Assembly: GCF_028641065.1 (NCBI RefSeq)
Contig: NC_073390.1
Coordinates: 16,182,001 to 16,246,000 of the forward strand
From: Leucoraja erinacea
Taxonomy: Eukaryota
DNA length: 64,000 nucleotides
Direction: 5' to 3'
In this document: positions 1 to 12,334 of the stretch, in pieces
Position numbering within the stretch: position 1 is the stretch's first letter
How the letters are laid out: every line of letters starts with the position of its first letter
Notes under the pieces: model-generated
What the model was told of the DNA's origin: nothing
The model's database searches: none
What the model saw: only the letters and a program-made list of their open reading frames with translations
Translations under genes and position numbers: made by a program

Positions 1-3000
1 TCCTAATTAGTTGTGTGGATAGTTGACTTGATTGGATAAAATTAAGTTCAGGTTGAAGGAAGTGGCCTGTTGGGAACGGCCTTGAGGTAAAGTGCGAGTC
101 TTTGGCTCAAGAGTCTTTGGTGAGGAGGCTGAGGCAAGGAAGCTGCACTTGAATTGGTTGTGTGTTTAATTTAATTTCAAACTTGTGATCGCAGGAATGT
201 TATTGCAGTGCATTTATTGCAGGATGTGGGAAGTCAAGGTGTCTGGTGTCTCCGTCACTACACCTGTGGGAACTGTGTCCAGATGCAGCTCCTCAAGGTC
301 TGAGTTAGAGAATGGAGCAGCAGCTGGATGACCTGTGGTCCATCCGGGAAGACGAAAGCTTCCTGGACAGGACCTACAGTCAGGTTGTCACTCCAAGAGA
401 GCAGGAGGTGTGACGGGTAGAGACATAAAGAAAGGGGATGAAGCAAGTGCAGGAAACCTCTGTGGCAGACGACGCTGCCAGTCTGAGCGGCGGACAGGTC
501 TGTGACTCGATTCCTAGCACTGAGACTCGACCGGTGAGACTGACGTTAGGCAGAGCCATAGTGGTGGGTGACTATTGTCCGAGGTGTGGACAGGAAATTC
601 TGTGACGCCAGGTGAGAGTCGAGGATGGTGTGTTCCCTCCCTGGTGCCAGGGTCCAAGACATCTCAGACCAACTTCAGCACATCCTCGAGAGGGAAGAGG
701 AGCAGTCAGAAGTAGTTGTGCATGCAGGCACAAATGACTTGGGTAAGAAGAGGAGGGAGGTTCTGCAACGCGAGTTTAGAGAATTAGGCAGGAGGCTGAA
801 AAGCAGGGCTTCTCGGGTGATTATCTCTGGGTTGCTCCCAGTATCTTGTGCTAGTGAGGGTAGGAACAGGGAGATAGGGGATCTGAATGTGTGGCTGAGA
901 CTTTGGTGCAGCGGGCAGGGATTTAGATTTATAGATCACTGGAATCTCTTCTGGGGCAGGGGTGACCTGTACAAAAGGGACGGGTTGCACCTTAATTAGA
1001 AGGAGACCGACATTCTGGCAGGCAGGTTTGCAAGTGCTACACGGGTGGGTTTAAATTAAAAAGTGGGGAGGTGGAGTCAACAACGTGGACGCGTATCCGT
1101 GCAGCTAACGGGAAAGAGAGTGTAGGAAAGGTCACGTTTAAATGAACAGGGCAGGGAGATGGGACCCAATGCATGGAGACAAAGGGCCATAAGAGGAGGA
1201 CAGAAGCTAAAGGCAGAAGGGAGATAAGAAAAACTAACCTGAAAGCGTTGTGCCTTAATGCGAGGAGCATTTGAAATAAGGTGGATGAATTGAAGGCGCA
1301 GTTAGTAGTTAGGGGATATGATATTGTTTGAATTACGGAGACATGGCTCCAGGGTGACCAAGGCTGGGAGTTAAACATGCAGGGATATTCAATATTCAGG
1401 AACGATAGACAGAAAGGAAAAGGAGGTGGGGTGGCATTGTAGGTTAAAGAGGAGATTAATGCAATTAATGGAGAGACTTTAGCTTGGATGCTGTAGAATT
1501 GGTATGGGTGGAACTGTGAAGTAGCCAAGGGCAGAAGACACTTGTTGGAGTTGTATACAGTCCATCAAACAGCAGTGGGGAGGTCGGGGTAGTGACAAGG
1601 TTTTAAACTAATATGTAGAGGAACCAACTAGAGGGCAGGCCATCCTAGACTGGGTATTGTGTAATGAGGAAGGATTAGTTAGCAATCTTGTTGTGCAAGG
1701 CCCCTTGGGCAACAGTGACCAGAATATGGTGGAATTCTGCATTAGGATGGAGTGACATGGCTAATTCAGAGACTAGGGTCCTGAACTTGAATAAAGGAGA
1801 CTTTGAAGATATGAGATGGGAAGTGGCTAGGATAGACTGGCAAATTATATTTAAAGGGTTGACAGTGTAGATGCAATGGCAAAGATTTAAAGACCGCAGG
1901 GATGAACTCCAGAAAAAATAAAACTGGGAAGGCGGCTCAACTGTGGCTGACGAGGGAAGTCAAGGACAGTATTAAATCCAAGGATGAGGCATATGAATTA
2001 GCAAGAAGAAGTGGCAAACCAGAAAACTGGGAGAAATCTAGAACTAAACAGAGGAGGACAAAGGGGTTAAACAATCTCCTGGAAATACAAGGGGACCGAG
2101 GATCTAGTGGGAGGAAGGAACTCAAGGGAATCCACATTAATCAGAAAATGGTGTTAGGTAAACTGTTGGGACTGAAGGCAGATAAATCCTCAGGGCCTGA
2201 TGGTCTGCATCCCGGAGTACCCAAGGAGTACAATAGGCCCTCGAAATCGTGCATGCATTGGTGATCATTTTCCAATGTTCTCTTGACTCTGGATTAGTTC
2301 CTGTGGACTTGAGGGTAGCCAATGTAGCTACTTTTTAAGAAAGGAAGAAGAGAGAAAACGGGGAATTATAGACCAGTTAGCCTTACATCGGTAGTGGAGA
2401 AGATGCTGGAGTCAGTTATTAAAGATGTTATAGCAGCGCATTTGGAAAGCCGTGACTCAATCGGTCAAAGTCAGCATGGATTTAAGAAGGGGAAATCATG
2501 CTTGACTAATCTTCTGGAATTTTTTGAGAATGTAACAAGTAGAATGGATAAGGGAGAGCCAGTGGATGTGGTGTATCTGGACTTTCAAAAAGCCTTTGAC
2601 AAGGTCCCATACAAGAGATTAGTGTGCAAAATTAGAGCACATGGTATTAGAGGTAGGGTATTGACATGGATAGTGAACTGGTTGGCAGACATGAAGCAAA
2701 GAGTAGGAATGAATGCATCCTTTTCAGAATGGCATGCAGTGACGAGTGGGATGTTTACAATATATACTGTATTAACAATATAGACGAGGGAATTAAATAT
2801 AACATCTCTAAATTTGTGGATGACACAAACCTGGGTGACAGTGTGCGCTGCGAGGAGAATGCTGTGAGGCTGCAGGGTGACTTGGATAGGTTGGGTGAGT
2901 GGGTAGAAGTATGGCAGATGCAGTATAATGTGGATAAATATAAGGTTATCCACCATGATGGCAAGATCAGGAAGGCAGAATATCTGAATGGTGTCATATT

Positions 3001-3696
3001 AGGAGAAGGCGAGGTGTGACGTGACATGGGTGTGCTTGTGCATCTGTCACCGAAAGTAAGCATGCAGTACAACAGGCAGTGAAGAAAGCTAATGCATGTT
3101 GGCCTTCATTGCAAGAGGATTTGAGTTTAGGAGCAAGGAGGCCCTACTGCAATTGTACAGGGCCCAGGTGAGATCACACCTGGAGTATTGTGTGCAATTG
3201 TAGTCTCCTAACCTGAGGAAGGGCATTATTGCTATTAAGGGAGTGCAGTGTAGGTTCACCAGGTTATAATTCCCGGGATGGAGGGACTGATGTATGATGA
3301 AAGAATAGGTCGACTAGGCTTGTATTTGCGGGATTTTAGAAGGATGAGAGGGTATCTAATAGAAACATGAAAAATTCTTGGAGGATTGGACTGGGTAGAT
3401 GCAGGAAAAATGTTTCTAATGTTGGGGGGTCACAGTTTAGGAATAAGGGGGAGGCCATTTAGGACTGAGATGAGGAAAAACGTTTTCACCCAGAGAGTTG
3501 TGAATCTGTGGAATTCTCTGCCACAGAAGGCATTGGAGGCCAATTCACTGGATGCTTTCAAGAGAAAGATTTAGCTCTTAGGGCTAACGGAATCAAGGGA
3601 TATGGGGAAAAAGCCGGAACGGGGCACTGATTTTAGATGATCAGCCATCATCCTATTGAATGGCCTTTTCCCACACCTATTTTCTATGTTTCTATG
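1..3696 (+). mobile_element. Degenerate near-full-length CR1 LINE (ORF1 esterase and ORF2 APE-RT remnants, internal deletions)
   Basis: ORF 625-999 has SGNH-esterase blocks (CSLPGARV, VVVHAGTND, DGLHLN). ORF 2394-2783 has RT motifs (QHGF, SCLTNL, YLDFQKAFDKVP), and FVDDT occurs in ORF 2666-3019. The 3' end is TTTCTATGTTTCTATG at about 3681-3696. Many stops and frameshifts. Confidence 0.93.
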
Positions 3697-4143
3697 ACCT
3701 TATGTATTTTGACAATTCTCCCTGAATGTATGCTTTAACCAATAACGACAAGTGTGCTTTCTTAAATGTCTTATTTACCCATCCAGCTAACTCCAAGTCT
3801 TCATTTCTCAGTATCCAACCATTTATTGTCCAGTTCCTTGTATTTTTTGTGACCCTTCTCCCTAAAACCCATTCATTAGATGCCTTACTTTACACTTCCC
3901 TTGACTGAATTCCAGTTGTCACTTTTGTGTGCACCTAACCACTCCATTGCTCCTATCAAGACACTGGCATCTGGAAATGTGTTATTCATGGCACCTATAC
4001 AGGAATATATCGATCATTTAATGTGCCAAAAACCTTGTACTCTCTGCAGAACTTCACTGGAGACAGCCTTCCAGTCACCATCATGCCTGTCATTTGTAAT
4101 GCTTTGGTTACACCGATGAATTTGGAATCTGACACCAGTTCTT

Positions 4144-4469
4144 TTAGTTTAGTTTAGTTTAGTTTAATTTTGTTTGGTTTAGAGATACAGTGCGGACACA
4201 TTCCCTTCAGACCACGCCGACCAGCGATGTCCGCAGCCTAACACTACCCTACACACACTAGGGATAATTTACAATGATACCAAGCCATTTAACCTACAAA
4301 CCTGTATATCTTTGGAGTGTGGGAGGAAACCGGAGATCCTGGAGAGAACCCACGCAGGTCATAGGAAGAACATACAAACTCCGTACAGAGAGCACCCGTA
4401 GTCAGGATCAAACCCAGGTCTCTGGTGCTGTAGGGTAGCAACTCTACCGCTGCACCACTGTGCTGCCCA
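4144..4469 (-). mobile_element. tRNA-derived V-SINE (HE1-like)
   Basis: The minus strand begins with a tRNA-like head GGGCAGCACAGTGGTGCAGCGGTAGAG, has a V-domain-like centre (GGAGTTTGTATGTTCTTCC...TTTCCTCCCACA) and ends in a (CTAAA)n tail. Matches five other copies in the window. Confidence 0.85.
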
Positions 4470-4737
4470 GTCCATCTTCCTTAGGATCCCAACAGATTTC
4501 AATGTTTTTGTGCAGGAATCATTAAACACTCACAGCCAGTGCAGAGATGCTATAGAATAAGCTAAAATTAGGATGTATAGTTGGGATTATCCATAATAGA
4601 AGACCCTGATTAGGGCATATCTGGAAAATCCCAACCAGTTCTAGTTTATAGAAACATAGAAATTAGGTGCAGGAGTAGGCCATTCGGCCCTTCGAGCCTG
4701 CACCGCCATTCAATATGATCATGGCTGATCATCCAAC

Positions 4738-7621
4738 TCAGTATCCCGTACCTTCCTTCTCTCCATACCCTCTGATCCCCTTAGCCACAAGGGCCACATC
4801 TAACTCCCTCTTAAATCTAGCCAATGAACTGGCCTCGACTACCCTCTGCGGCAGAGAGTTCCAGAGATTCACCACTCTCTGTGTGAAAAAAGTTCTTCTC
4901 ATCTAGGTTTTAAAGGATTTCCCCCTCATCCTTAAGCTGTGACCCCTTGTCCTGGACTTCCCCAACATCGGGAACAATCTTCCTGCATCTAGCCTGTCCA
5001 ACCCCTTAAGAATTTTGTAAGTTTCTATAAGATCCCCTCTCAATCTCCTAAATTCTAGAGAGTATGAACCTTTCTTCATAAGACTGTCCTGACATCCCAG
5101 GAATCAGTCTGGTGAACCTTCTCTGCACTCCCTCTATGGCATTAATGTCCTTCCTCAGATTTGGAGACCAAAACTGTACGCTATACTCCAGGTGTGGTCT
5201 CACCAAGACCCTGTACAACTGCAGTAGAACCTCCCTGCTCCTATACTCAAATCCTTTTGCTATGAAAGCTAACATACCATTCGCTTTCTTCACTGCCTGC
5301 TGCACCTGCATGCCTACTTTCAATGACTGGTGTACCATGACACCTAGGTCTCGCTGCATCTCCCCTTTTCCTAGTCGGCCACCATTTAGATAATAGTCTG
5401 CTTTCCTGTTTATGCCACCAAAATGGATAACCTCACATTTATCCACATTATACTGCATCTGCCAAACATTTGCCCACTCACCCAGCCTATCCAAGTCACC
5501 TTGCAGTCTCCTAGCATCCTCCTCACAGCTAACACTGCCCCCCAGCTTAGTGTCATCCGCAAACTTGGAGATATTGCCTTCAATTCCCTCATCCAGATCA
5601 TTAATATATATTGTAAATAGCTGGGGTCCCAGCATTGAGCCTTGCGGTACCCCACTAGTCACTGCCTGCCATTGTGAAAAGGACCTGTTTATTCCTACTC
5701 TTTGCTTCCTGTTTGCCAGCCAGTTCTCTATCCACATCAATACTGAACCCCCAATGCCGTGTACTTTAAGTTAGTATACTAATCTCTTATGTGGGACCTT
5801 GTCGAAAGCCTTCTGAAAGTCCAGATACACCACATCCACTGGTTCTCCCCTATCCACGCTACTAGTTACATCCTCGAAAAATTCTATAAGATTCGTCAGA
5901 CATGATTTACCTTTCGTAAATCCATGCTGACTTTGTCCAATGATTTCACCACTTTCCAAATGTGCTGCTATCCCATCTTTAATAACTGACTCTAGCAGTT
6001 TCCCCACTACCGATGTTAGACTAACTGGTCTGTAATTCCCCGTTTTCTCTCTCTCCCTCCCCTTCTTAAAAAGTGGGGTTACGTTTGCTACCCGCCAATC
6101 CTCAGGATCTACTCCAGAATCTAAAGAGTTTTGAAAGATTATTACTAATGCATCCACTATTTCTGGAGCTACTTCCTTAAGTACTCTGGGATGCAGCCTA
6201 TCTGGCCCTGGGGATTTATCGGCCTTTAATCCATTCAATTTACCCAACACCACTTCCCGGCTAACCTGGATTTCACTCAATTCCTCCAACTTCTTTGACC
6301 CGCGGTCCCCTGCTATTTCCGGCAAATTATTTATGTCTTCCTTAGTGAAGACGGAACCAAAGTAGTTATTCAATTGGTCCGCCATATCCTTGTTCCCCAT
6401 GAGCAACTCGCCTGTTTCTGACTGCAAGGGACCTACATTTGTTTTAACTAATCTCTTTCTTTTCACATATCTATAAAAACTTTTGCAGTCAGTTTTTATG
6501 TTCCCTGCCAGTTTTCTTTCATAATCTATTTTTCCTTTCCTAATTAAGCCCTTTGTCCTCCTCTGCTGGTCTCTGAATTTCTCCCAGTCCTCAGGTATGC
6601 TGCTTTTTCTGGCTAATTTGTACGCATCATCCTTCGCTTTGATACTATCCCTGATTTCCCTTGTCATCCACGGATGTACTACCTTCCCTGATTTATTATT
6701 TTGCCAAACTGGGATGAACAATTTTTGTAGTTCATCCATGCAGTCTTTAAATGTCTTCCATTGCATATCCACCGTCAACCCTTTTAGAATTAATTGCCAG
6801 TCAATCTTGGCCAATTCACGTCTCATACCCTCAAAGTTACCTTTCTTTAAGTTCAGAACCATTGTTTCTGAATTAACAATGTCACTCTCCATCCTAATGA
6901 AGAACTCAACCATATTATGGTCACTCTTGCCCAAGGGGGCACGTACAACAAGATTGCTAACTAACCCTTCCTCATTACTCAATACCCAGTCTAAAATAGC
7001 CTGCTCTCTTGTTGGTTCCTCTACATGTTGATTTAGATAACTATCCCGCATACATTCCAAGAAATCCTCTTCCTCAGCACCCCTGCCAATTTGATTCACC
7101 CAATCTATATGTAGATTGAAGTCACCCATTATAACAGTTTTGCCTTTGTCGCACGCATTTCTAATTTCCTGTTTGATACCATCTCCAACTTCACTACTAC
7201 TGTTAGGTGGCCTGTACACAACACCCACCAGCGTTTTCTGCCCCTTAGTGTTTCACAGCTCTACCCATACCGATTCCACATCCTCCAAACTAATGTCCTT
7301 CCTTTCCATTGCATTAATCTCCTCTCTAATCAGTAACGCTACCCCACCTCCTTTTCCTTTCTCTCTATCCCTCCTGAATATTGAATATCCCTGGATGTTC
7401 AGCTCCCAGCCTTGGTCACCCTGGAGCCATGTCTCCGTGATCCCAACTATATCATGGTCATTAATAGCTATCTGCACATTCAACTCACCCACCTTATTAC
7501 AAATGCTCCTTGCATTGAGACACAAAGCCTTCAGGCTTGTTTTTACAACACTCTTACCCCTGATAATTATGTTGAAAAGTGGCCCTTTTTGATTTTTGCC
7601 CTGGTTTTGTCTGCCTGCCAC
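4738..7621 (-). pseudogene. CR1 ORF2 (apurinic endonuclease + reverse transcriptase), inactivated
   Basis: Motifs NARSI, GITETW, YRPP, GDFN, SDH (APE) and QHGF, GVPQGS, FADD (RT). In-frame stops at 7253-7255 (TGA) and 5771-5773 (TAA). About 14 nt is deleted near 5070 relative to the sister copy at about 48410. Natural end ...GYGEKEGTGY-TGA at 4738-4740. The true start codon is uncertain. Confidence 0.92.
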
Positions 7622-7756
7622 TTTTACTTTTCACCTTGCTACCTATTGTTTCTATCCTCATTTTACACCCCTCAGTCTCTACGCTCATACATTTAAGAAA
7701 CCCTTTCCCTTTAACTCCATCCTCCACTATCCCATTCGACACCCCACCCCCCTTAT

Positions 7757-8683
7757 TCAGTTTAAAGCCACCCGTGTAGCAGTGGCAAACCTGCCTGCCA
7801 GAATGCTGGTCCCACACCTGTTAAGATGCAATCCGTCCCTTTTGTACAGTTCCCCCTTACCCCAAAACAGATCCCAGTGATCTAAGAATCTAAATCCCTG
7901 CCCCGTGCACCAGTTCCTCAGCCACACGTTCAGGTCCCGTATCTCCCTGTTCCTGCTCTCGCCAGCACGGGGAGCTGGAAGCAAACCGGAGATAACAACC
8001 CTGAAGGTCCTGCTTTTCAACAATTTTCCGAGCTCTCTAAAGTCACGCTGCAGAATATTCATCCCCTTCTTTCCGACATCGTTTGTGCCGACATGCACTA
8101 CCACTTCCAGATGTTCACCTTCGCCCTTGAGGATTTTCTGCACTCTATCCGTGACATCCTGGATCCTGGCACCGGGAAGGCAGCACACCATCCTTGCATC
8201 CCGTCTGTTGCTGCAGAAACCCCTGTCCGTACCTCTCACAATGGAGTCTCCCACTACAATGGCCTTGCCTGCCTTAGGCCTTTTTGGTTTTGGCTCAACA
8301 GCCCTATTCGCATCGCAAGCCAGTCCGCCACTCAGTGTAAATACGTCTTCTGTCCCAACAGCTTCTAAGCGGGTGAACCTGTTTACAAGAGGTACACCAC
8401 CCGGGGACGTTGGCATTCCATGCTTCCCTCCATTTCTCACTGTCTCCCACCTTCTCTCTTCCAGTACCTTAGGTGTAACAATTGTACTGTAGGACTTGTC
8501 GAGGAACGACTCCGTTTCTCGTACAAACCGGAGGTCATCCACTTGCTTCTCCAGTTCCCCAACACGGCCCTTCAGGAGCTCTACCTGGATGCACTTTTCG
8601 CATTTGTAGCAGCCAGAGGCACCAGCGGTGTCCTTGACCTCCCACATACTGCAAGCATCGCACTGAATCAGCTTGCCTGACAT
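7757..8683 (-). CDS. CR1 ORF1p: Cys-rich zinc finger-like N-terminus + coiled coil + SGNH/GDSL esterase domain (308 aa, uninterrupted)
   Basis: CDACSMW...CYKCEKC, then a heptad region (LLKGRVGELEKQVDDLR), then GDSIVRG, CLPGA, HVGTND and DGLHLN. This is the known ZF/leucine-zipper/esterase architecture of vertebrate CR1 ORF1. Confidence 0.93.
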   Translation of the reverse strand: MSGKLIQCDACSMWEVKDTAGASGCYKCEKCIQVELLKGRVGELEKQVDDLRFVRETESFLDKSYSTIVTPKVLEERRWETVRNGGKHGMPTSPGGVPLVNRFTRLEAVGTEDVFTLSGGLACDANRAVEPKPKRPKAGKAIVVGDSIVRGTDRGFCSNRRDARMVCCLPGARIQDVTDRVQKILKGEGEHLEVVVHVGTNDVGKKGMNILQRDFRELGKLLKSRTFRVVISGLLPAPRAGESRNREIRDLNVWLRNWCTGQGFRFLDHWDLFWGKGELYKRDGLHLNRCGTSILAGRFATATRVALN

Positions 8684-8902
8684 CTCCTTCTTTCGTCTCT
8701 ACCTCTCAAGCGTATTGCGTGGTCTCCTCTCCTCAGCCTCCTCGCCGAAGACTCTCGAGCCAAAGACTCACACTTTACTCACAGGACACTTCCCTCACAA
8801 GGCCACTCACTCACTCACTGCCGCTCGCTAAGAGCCGTCTTGCTTAAATTGACTGATAAATTGCCTGATTTACCAATTTACAAAGCAAATTCCTCTGTTT
8901 TC

Positions 8903-9157
8903 AACTGTTTTCCCACACTGACTCACTTCTCTCCTCCCACTTGGGTTAGAGCCAATCAGTCGTATCTCTTGCTAATCTGCTGCTGCTGTTCCTCCCAAAT
9001 CTACAGCAGTTCTGAACAAAGACTGCCTGTCCTTGGCCTTTACTTAAACTGTTTTCACCCCTCTGACTCACTTCTCTCCTCCTCCCACTTGGGCTAGAGC
9101 CAATCAGTCGTATCTCTTGCTAATCTGCTGCTGCTGTTCCTCCCAATCTACAGCAGT
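8903..9157. repeat. Two copies of an about 110-bp unit (period about 144 bp) at the CR1 5' end
   Basis: 8903-9010 and 9047-9157 both read AACTGTTTT...CTGACTCACTTCTCTCCTCC...AGAGCCAATCAGTCGTATCTCTTGCTAATCTGCTGCTGCTGTTCCTCCCAA(A)TCTACAGCAGT. Confidence 0.9.
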
Positions 9158-9825
9158 CTAATGCGGGATATGTTAGGTGACAGAAAGGCTTTGACTGACC
9201 TGTACATTAATCCCCCTTAGCTATTCTTAATAACTAACTTTCTTCCCCGAGAGGATGGTACTTAAAATAATGAAGGGATTAAACTTCAAAACCTGTATAG
9301 ATTATTTCAATTAGTCAAAGCAGGGAGACCAAGAGTACAAATCTAACAACACTAACAAGATCTAGTACAGAAGCCAGGAGGCTTTTCAAACCCCTGGGGA
9401 TCAATGATCTTTGGCATAAGCTGGTCGCCCAACCAGTGACTACAGATTCATTGCAATCATTTAAAAGGAAATTGTAAGTTCCTGAAGGAAGCTGATATTT
9501 CTATGTGCAGAAGATAGATGGATTTTAGAGTGCTTTATCTCATGGTTGTTTCCTGGAGCTCATATTTCATGGGCCGTGAATTTCCCAATTTATCTTTTTA
9601 TCAGATTGGCAAAGGTTGTTTTGACTTTTGTTTTCATTTCTCCCAAGCTCCTAAAATACACAAATATTTCCATATTATATGCAAACTTGCAACTGTCATT
9701 GACTTGCATCAATCACCTTGTTTCCTGCAACCTGGTATTTAAGACAAGCTCATGTTTTTTAGGAACATGTCCTTTATTACCTTCTTCTATGAGAGTAGCA
9801 AGTTTGCACATAATACTAATATGTT

Positions 9826-10026
9826 TACGAAGGAACTGCAGATGCTGGATAATCGAAGGTAGACAAAAAAGCTGGAGAAACACAGCGGGTGAGGCAGCAT
9901 CTATGGAGCGAAGGATATATGCAACTTTTCGGGTCGAAACCGAAGGGTTTTGACCTGAAACTTTGCCTATTTCCTTTGATCCATAGATGCTGCCTTACCC
10001 GCTGAGTTTCTCCAGCATTCTTGTCC
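9826..10026. mobile_element. Short palindromic Penelope-derived unit (inverted terminal-repeat pair)
   Basis: The arm GCTGGAGAAACACAGCGGGTGAGGCAGCATCTATGGA and its reverse complement are separated by a GAAGGGTTTTGACCTGAAAC core. Flanked by the direct repeat AATATGTTT. Same sequence family as the 3' end of the Penelope at 39242-39905. Confidence 0.75.
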
Positions 10027-10644
10027 AATATGTTTGTTCTATTAGGATCTTAAATGGTCATGAAATGGCTTTGGCAAGTCAGATTAAAGAAAATCCCCAA
10101 GCTTTTTATGCATATTATAAAACAAGAGGGTAATCAAGGTGGAGTTCGGTCTAGTTTTATTTGAGGGAAATATCAGTTATTAAGGAATATCATTCAGATA
10201 GCCTTTAAGCAATTTGAAATAAACTAGCGAGCATATAGTTCATGGTGAGGAACAAATTCATTATAAATGTAAAAACAATTATAATGGTGAAAATGATGAT
10301 GTAAAAAGTCTGACAAAAATGCATCAACAAGGTACAAGATATGCAAAGAAGTTGAATTGCACTCCAAAATCTATTCAATCTATCTAAATTAATGTTATTA
10401 AGAGGCACTAATGTCTATGGTACTGCAATGTCAATTACACAGTACAGAAGTAAATGGTATGATTTGCATCACTAAAAATGTGTTTAATTTTTGCAGCCCA
10501 TTGAACATTGAATTTTCTCTCATGCGCTCAGCACCATAGTCCTAATGTTGCTACATTCATCTTTCCTTAATCCATCCCAGGCAATACTAATTGGTATCTG
10601 CATGTACAATACACACAGTAATGCTCCTTGCATTGAAATCTTAC

Positions 10645-10847
10645 CTTCCGAAGTATCTCACTTCCTTGCCGGCTGTTCATATTGTGCTTGGCAACCTCCC
10701 TCTTGTATGTATACTCGTACACCTGGTCGGTAATGTTGAGTAGCAAAAAGCCGGGGCTACTAGTCATATCCTCACAATTATGCACAATACTGTTTTCAGT
10801 ATCAGAAGGTGGAATGGTGTAGCGGAGGATCAGTCCCATTATCAGGC
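10645..10847 (-). CDS. SLC9A9: Sodium/hydrogen exchanger 9 (NHE9), coding exon 2 (203 bp)
   Basis: Acceptor ttctgcttag|GC and donor AAG|gtaag. Encodes (G)LIMGLILRYTIPPSDTENSIVHNCEDMTSSPGFLLLNITDQVYEYTYKREVAKHNMNSRQGSEILRK, matching the NHE9-type GLIMGLILRY...NITDQVYEYxYKRE segment. Phase-compatible with exon 1 (G|GC). Confidence 0.95.
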
Positions 10848-12334
10848 CTAAGCAGAACAAAAATACATTTGGTTTGCACATTTCCACAATTTGACCTGTG
10901 AACTCTTTAGTTACCACTTAAAAATACGTACACATAATCTGCTAATCAGTGCATATGGGTTATAATTATCATAAGCAGGAATCACCAATCCTTTCTTTTA
11001 TGTACTTCATCAATACAAACAAGGATCCCAACCCAAAATGTCACCGATCCATGTTCTCCAGAGATGCTGCCTGAACCAATGTTACTCCAGCACTTATTGT
11101 CTTTTTATTTCAATAGTCTTTTTGTTTGTTTATTGATTATCTTATGCCATTTATTCAGAAAGCTATTACTTTGTTAGATTCATGACATTTCCAATTTCCC
11201 TCACAACACAGAGGAGACTGTTTTAACCCTTTTGCCTACTCACAAAGCAATCCTATTCCCCAACTCATTGCTTGCAAATTAACTAAACATATGACCTGTT
11301 TACACAAGTTTGGTGAGCCAAGAGGCACAAGCTGGTTTGCTACTGTGCTAGTGATCTTTTTACTCATTCAGAGCACAAGGCAGGGCTGGCACCAGAAGAA
11401 AATGGTGGAGATCTGGCGACCTGAACCGTCGCAGTTGGTCTAATGAACATCCTCCAGAGATGGGAAGGGAATTCCAGGATTTTGACCTTGTGATAATGAA
11501 GGAACACCAGTATATTTCAAAACATATTAGACAAACTTGCAGATGGCAGTATTTCCATATTAACTACTCTGCCAACAGGCTTCTCAGCCTCGCGATGCAT
11601 AGAGCTAAGGTGCTTCACTACTGCAATCCAACTGTCGTTTTAAACTGAAATGTCTCAAACCCTTTGCAACTCTTATTCCATACTGTGAAATAAGTTTGAA
11701 ATAAATCACCTAACTTAAAACATAGCATTAAAATGAAAATTGGGATAAAAGAACAACAGATATTTTTGAATATAACTTTAAACAAGGAATGCTTAGCCAC
11801 AGTATTTTGTTCCATTCTTTAACATTTCTTGGATATGCTAAGCTGGAACAATGGAGACTAAAAAGAGATTTAAATGAGATATGTAAAATTATGGGAGGTC
11901 CAGTTTGGTTTGAAAGATTGAGCCTCAGCAGAGAGGTCACTAACTAGAGGCAGAAAAAATAATATTAATGGATAGAGAATCAATTGGGAGTTCAAGAGTT
12001 TTTAATTGTCATAGACTGGAACCTGAGCAATTAAATTATCACTGGCTTCAGCTTTGCAGGCACATTTGCAACTGTGGGGTTTATTCTAATATTGAGAAAA
12101 TTAAAAAAAAATTCTAGGCAGCCAAAAATATATATATTTTTCAAATGTTTACTTAATTGCTTAGAATTCTAAGATAAAAACAGAAAATGCCGGAATTACT
12201 CAGAAGGTCATGCGCCAACTGAAACAGAATCAACATTTCAGGTCAATAACCTTCCATCTACATCACAAAATCACAATCAAACATGTCTTAAATTGTAGTT
12301 AAAGGTGAGTTGTGGAGAGAAGAAATATAATGTA

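Larger units (their letters stand above)
4648..9157 (-). mobile_element. Young, essentially full-length CR1 LINE
   Basis: 5' UTR, intact ORF1 (7757-8683), ORF2 (APE endonuclease + RT) with few lesions, and a (TTTCTATG)n-type 3' tail at about 4648-4662. It lies in SLC9A9 intron 2 in the same orientation as the gene. Confidence 0.96.

Noticed and set aside
1-10644. SLC9A9 exon 3 (expected TFDPE.FF..LLPPIIF)
   Set aside because: Not found by eye in the non-repeat parts. It presumably lies left of the window.
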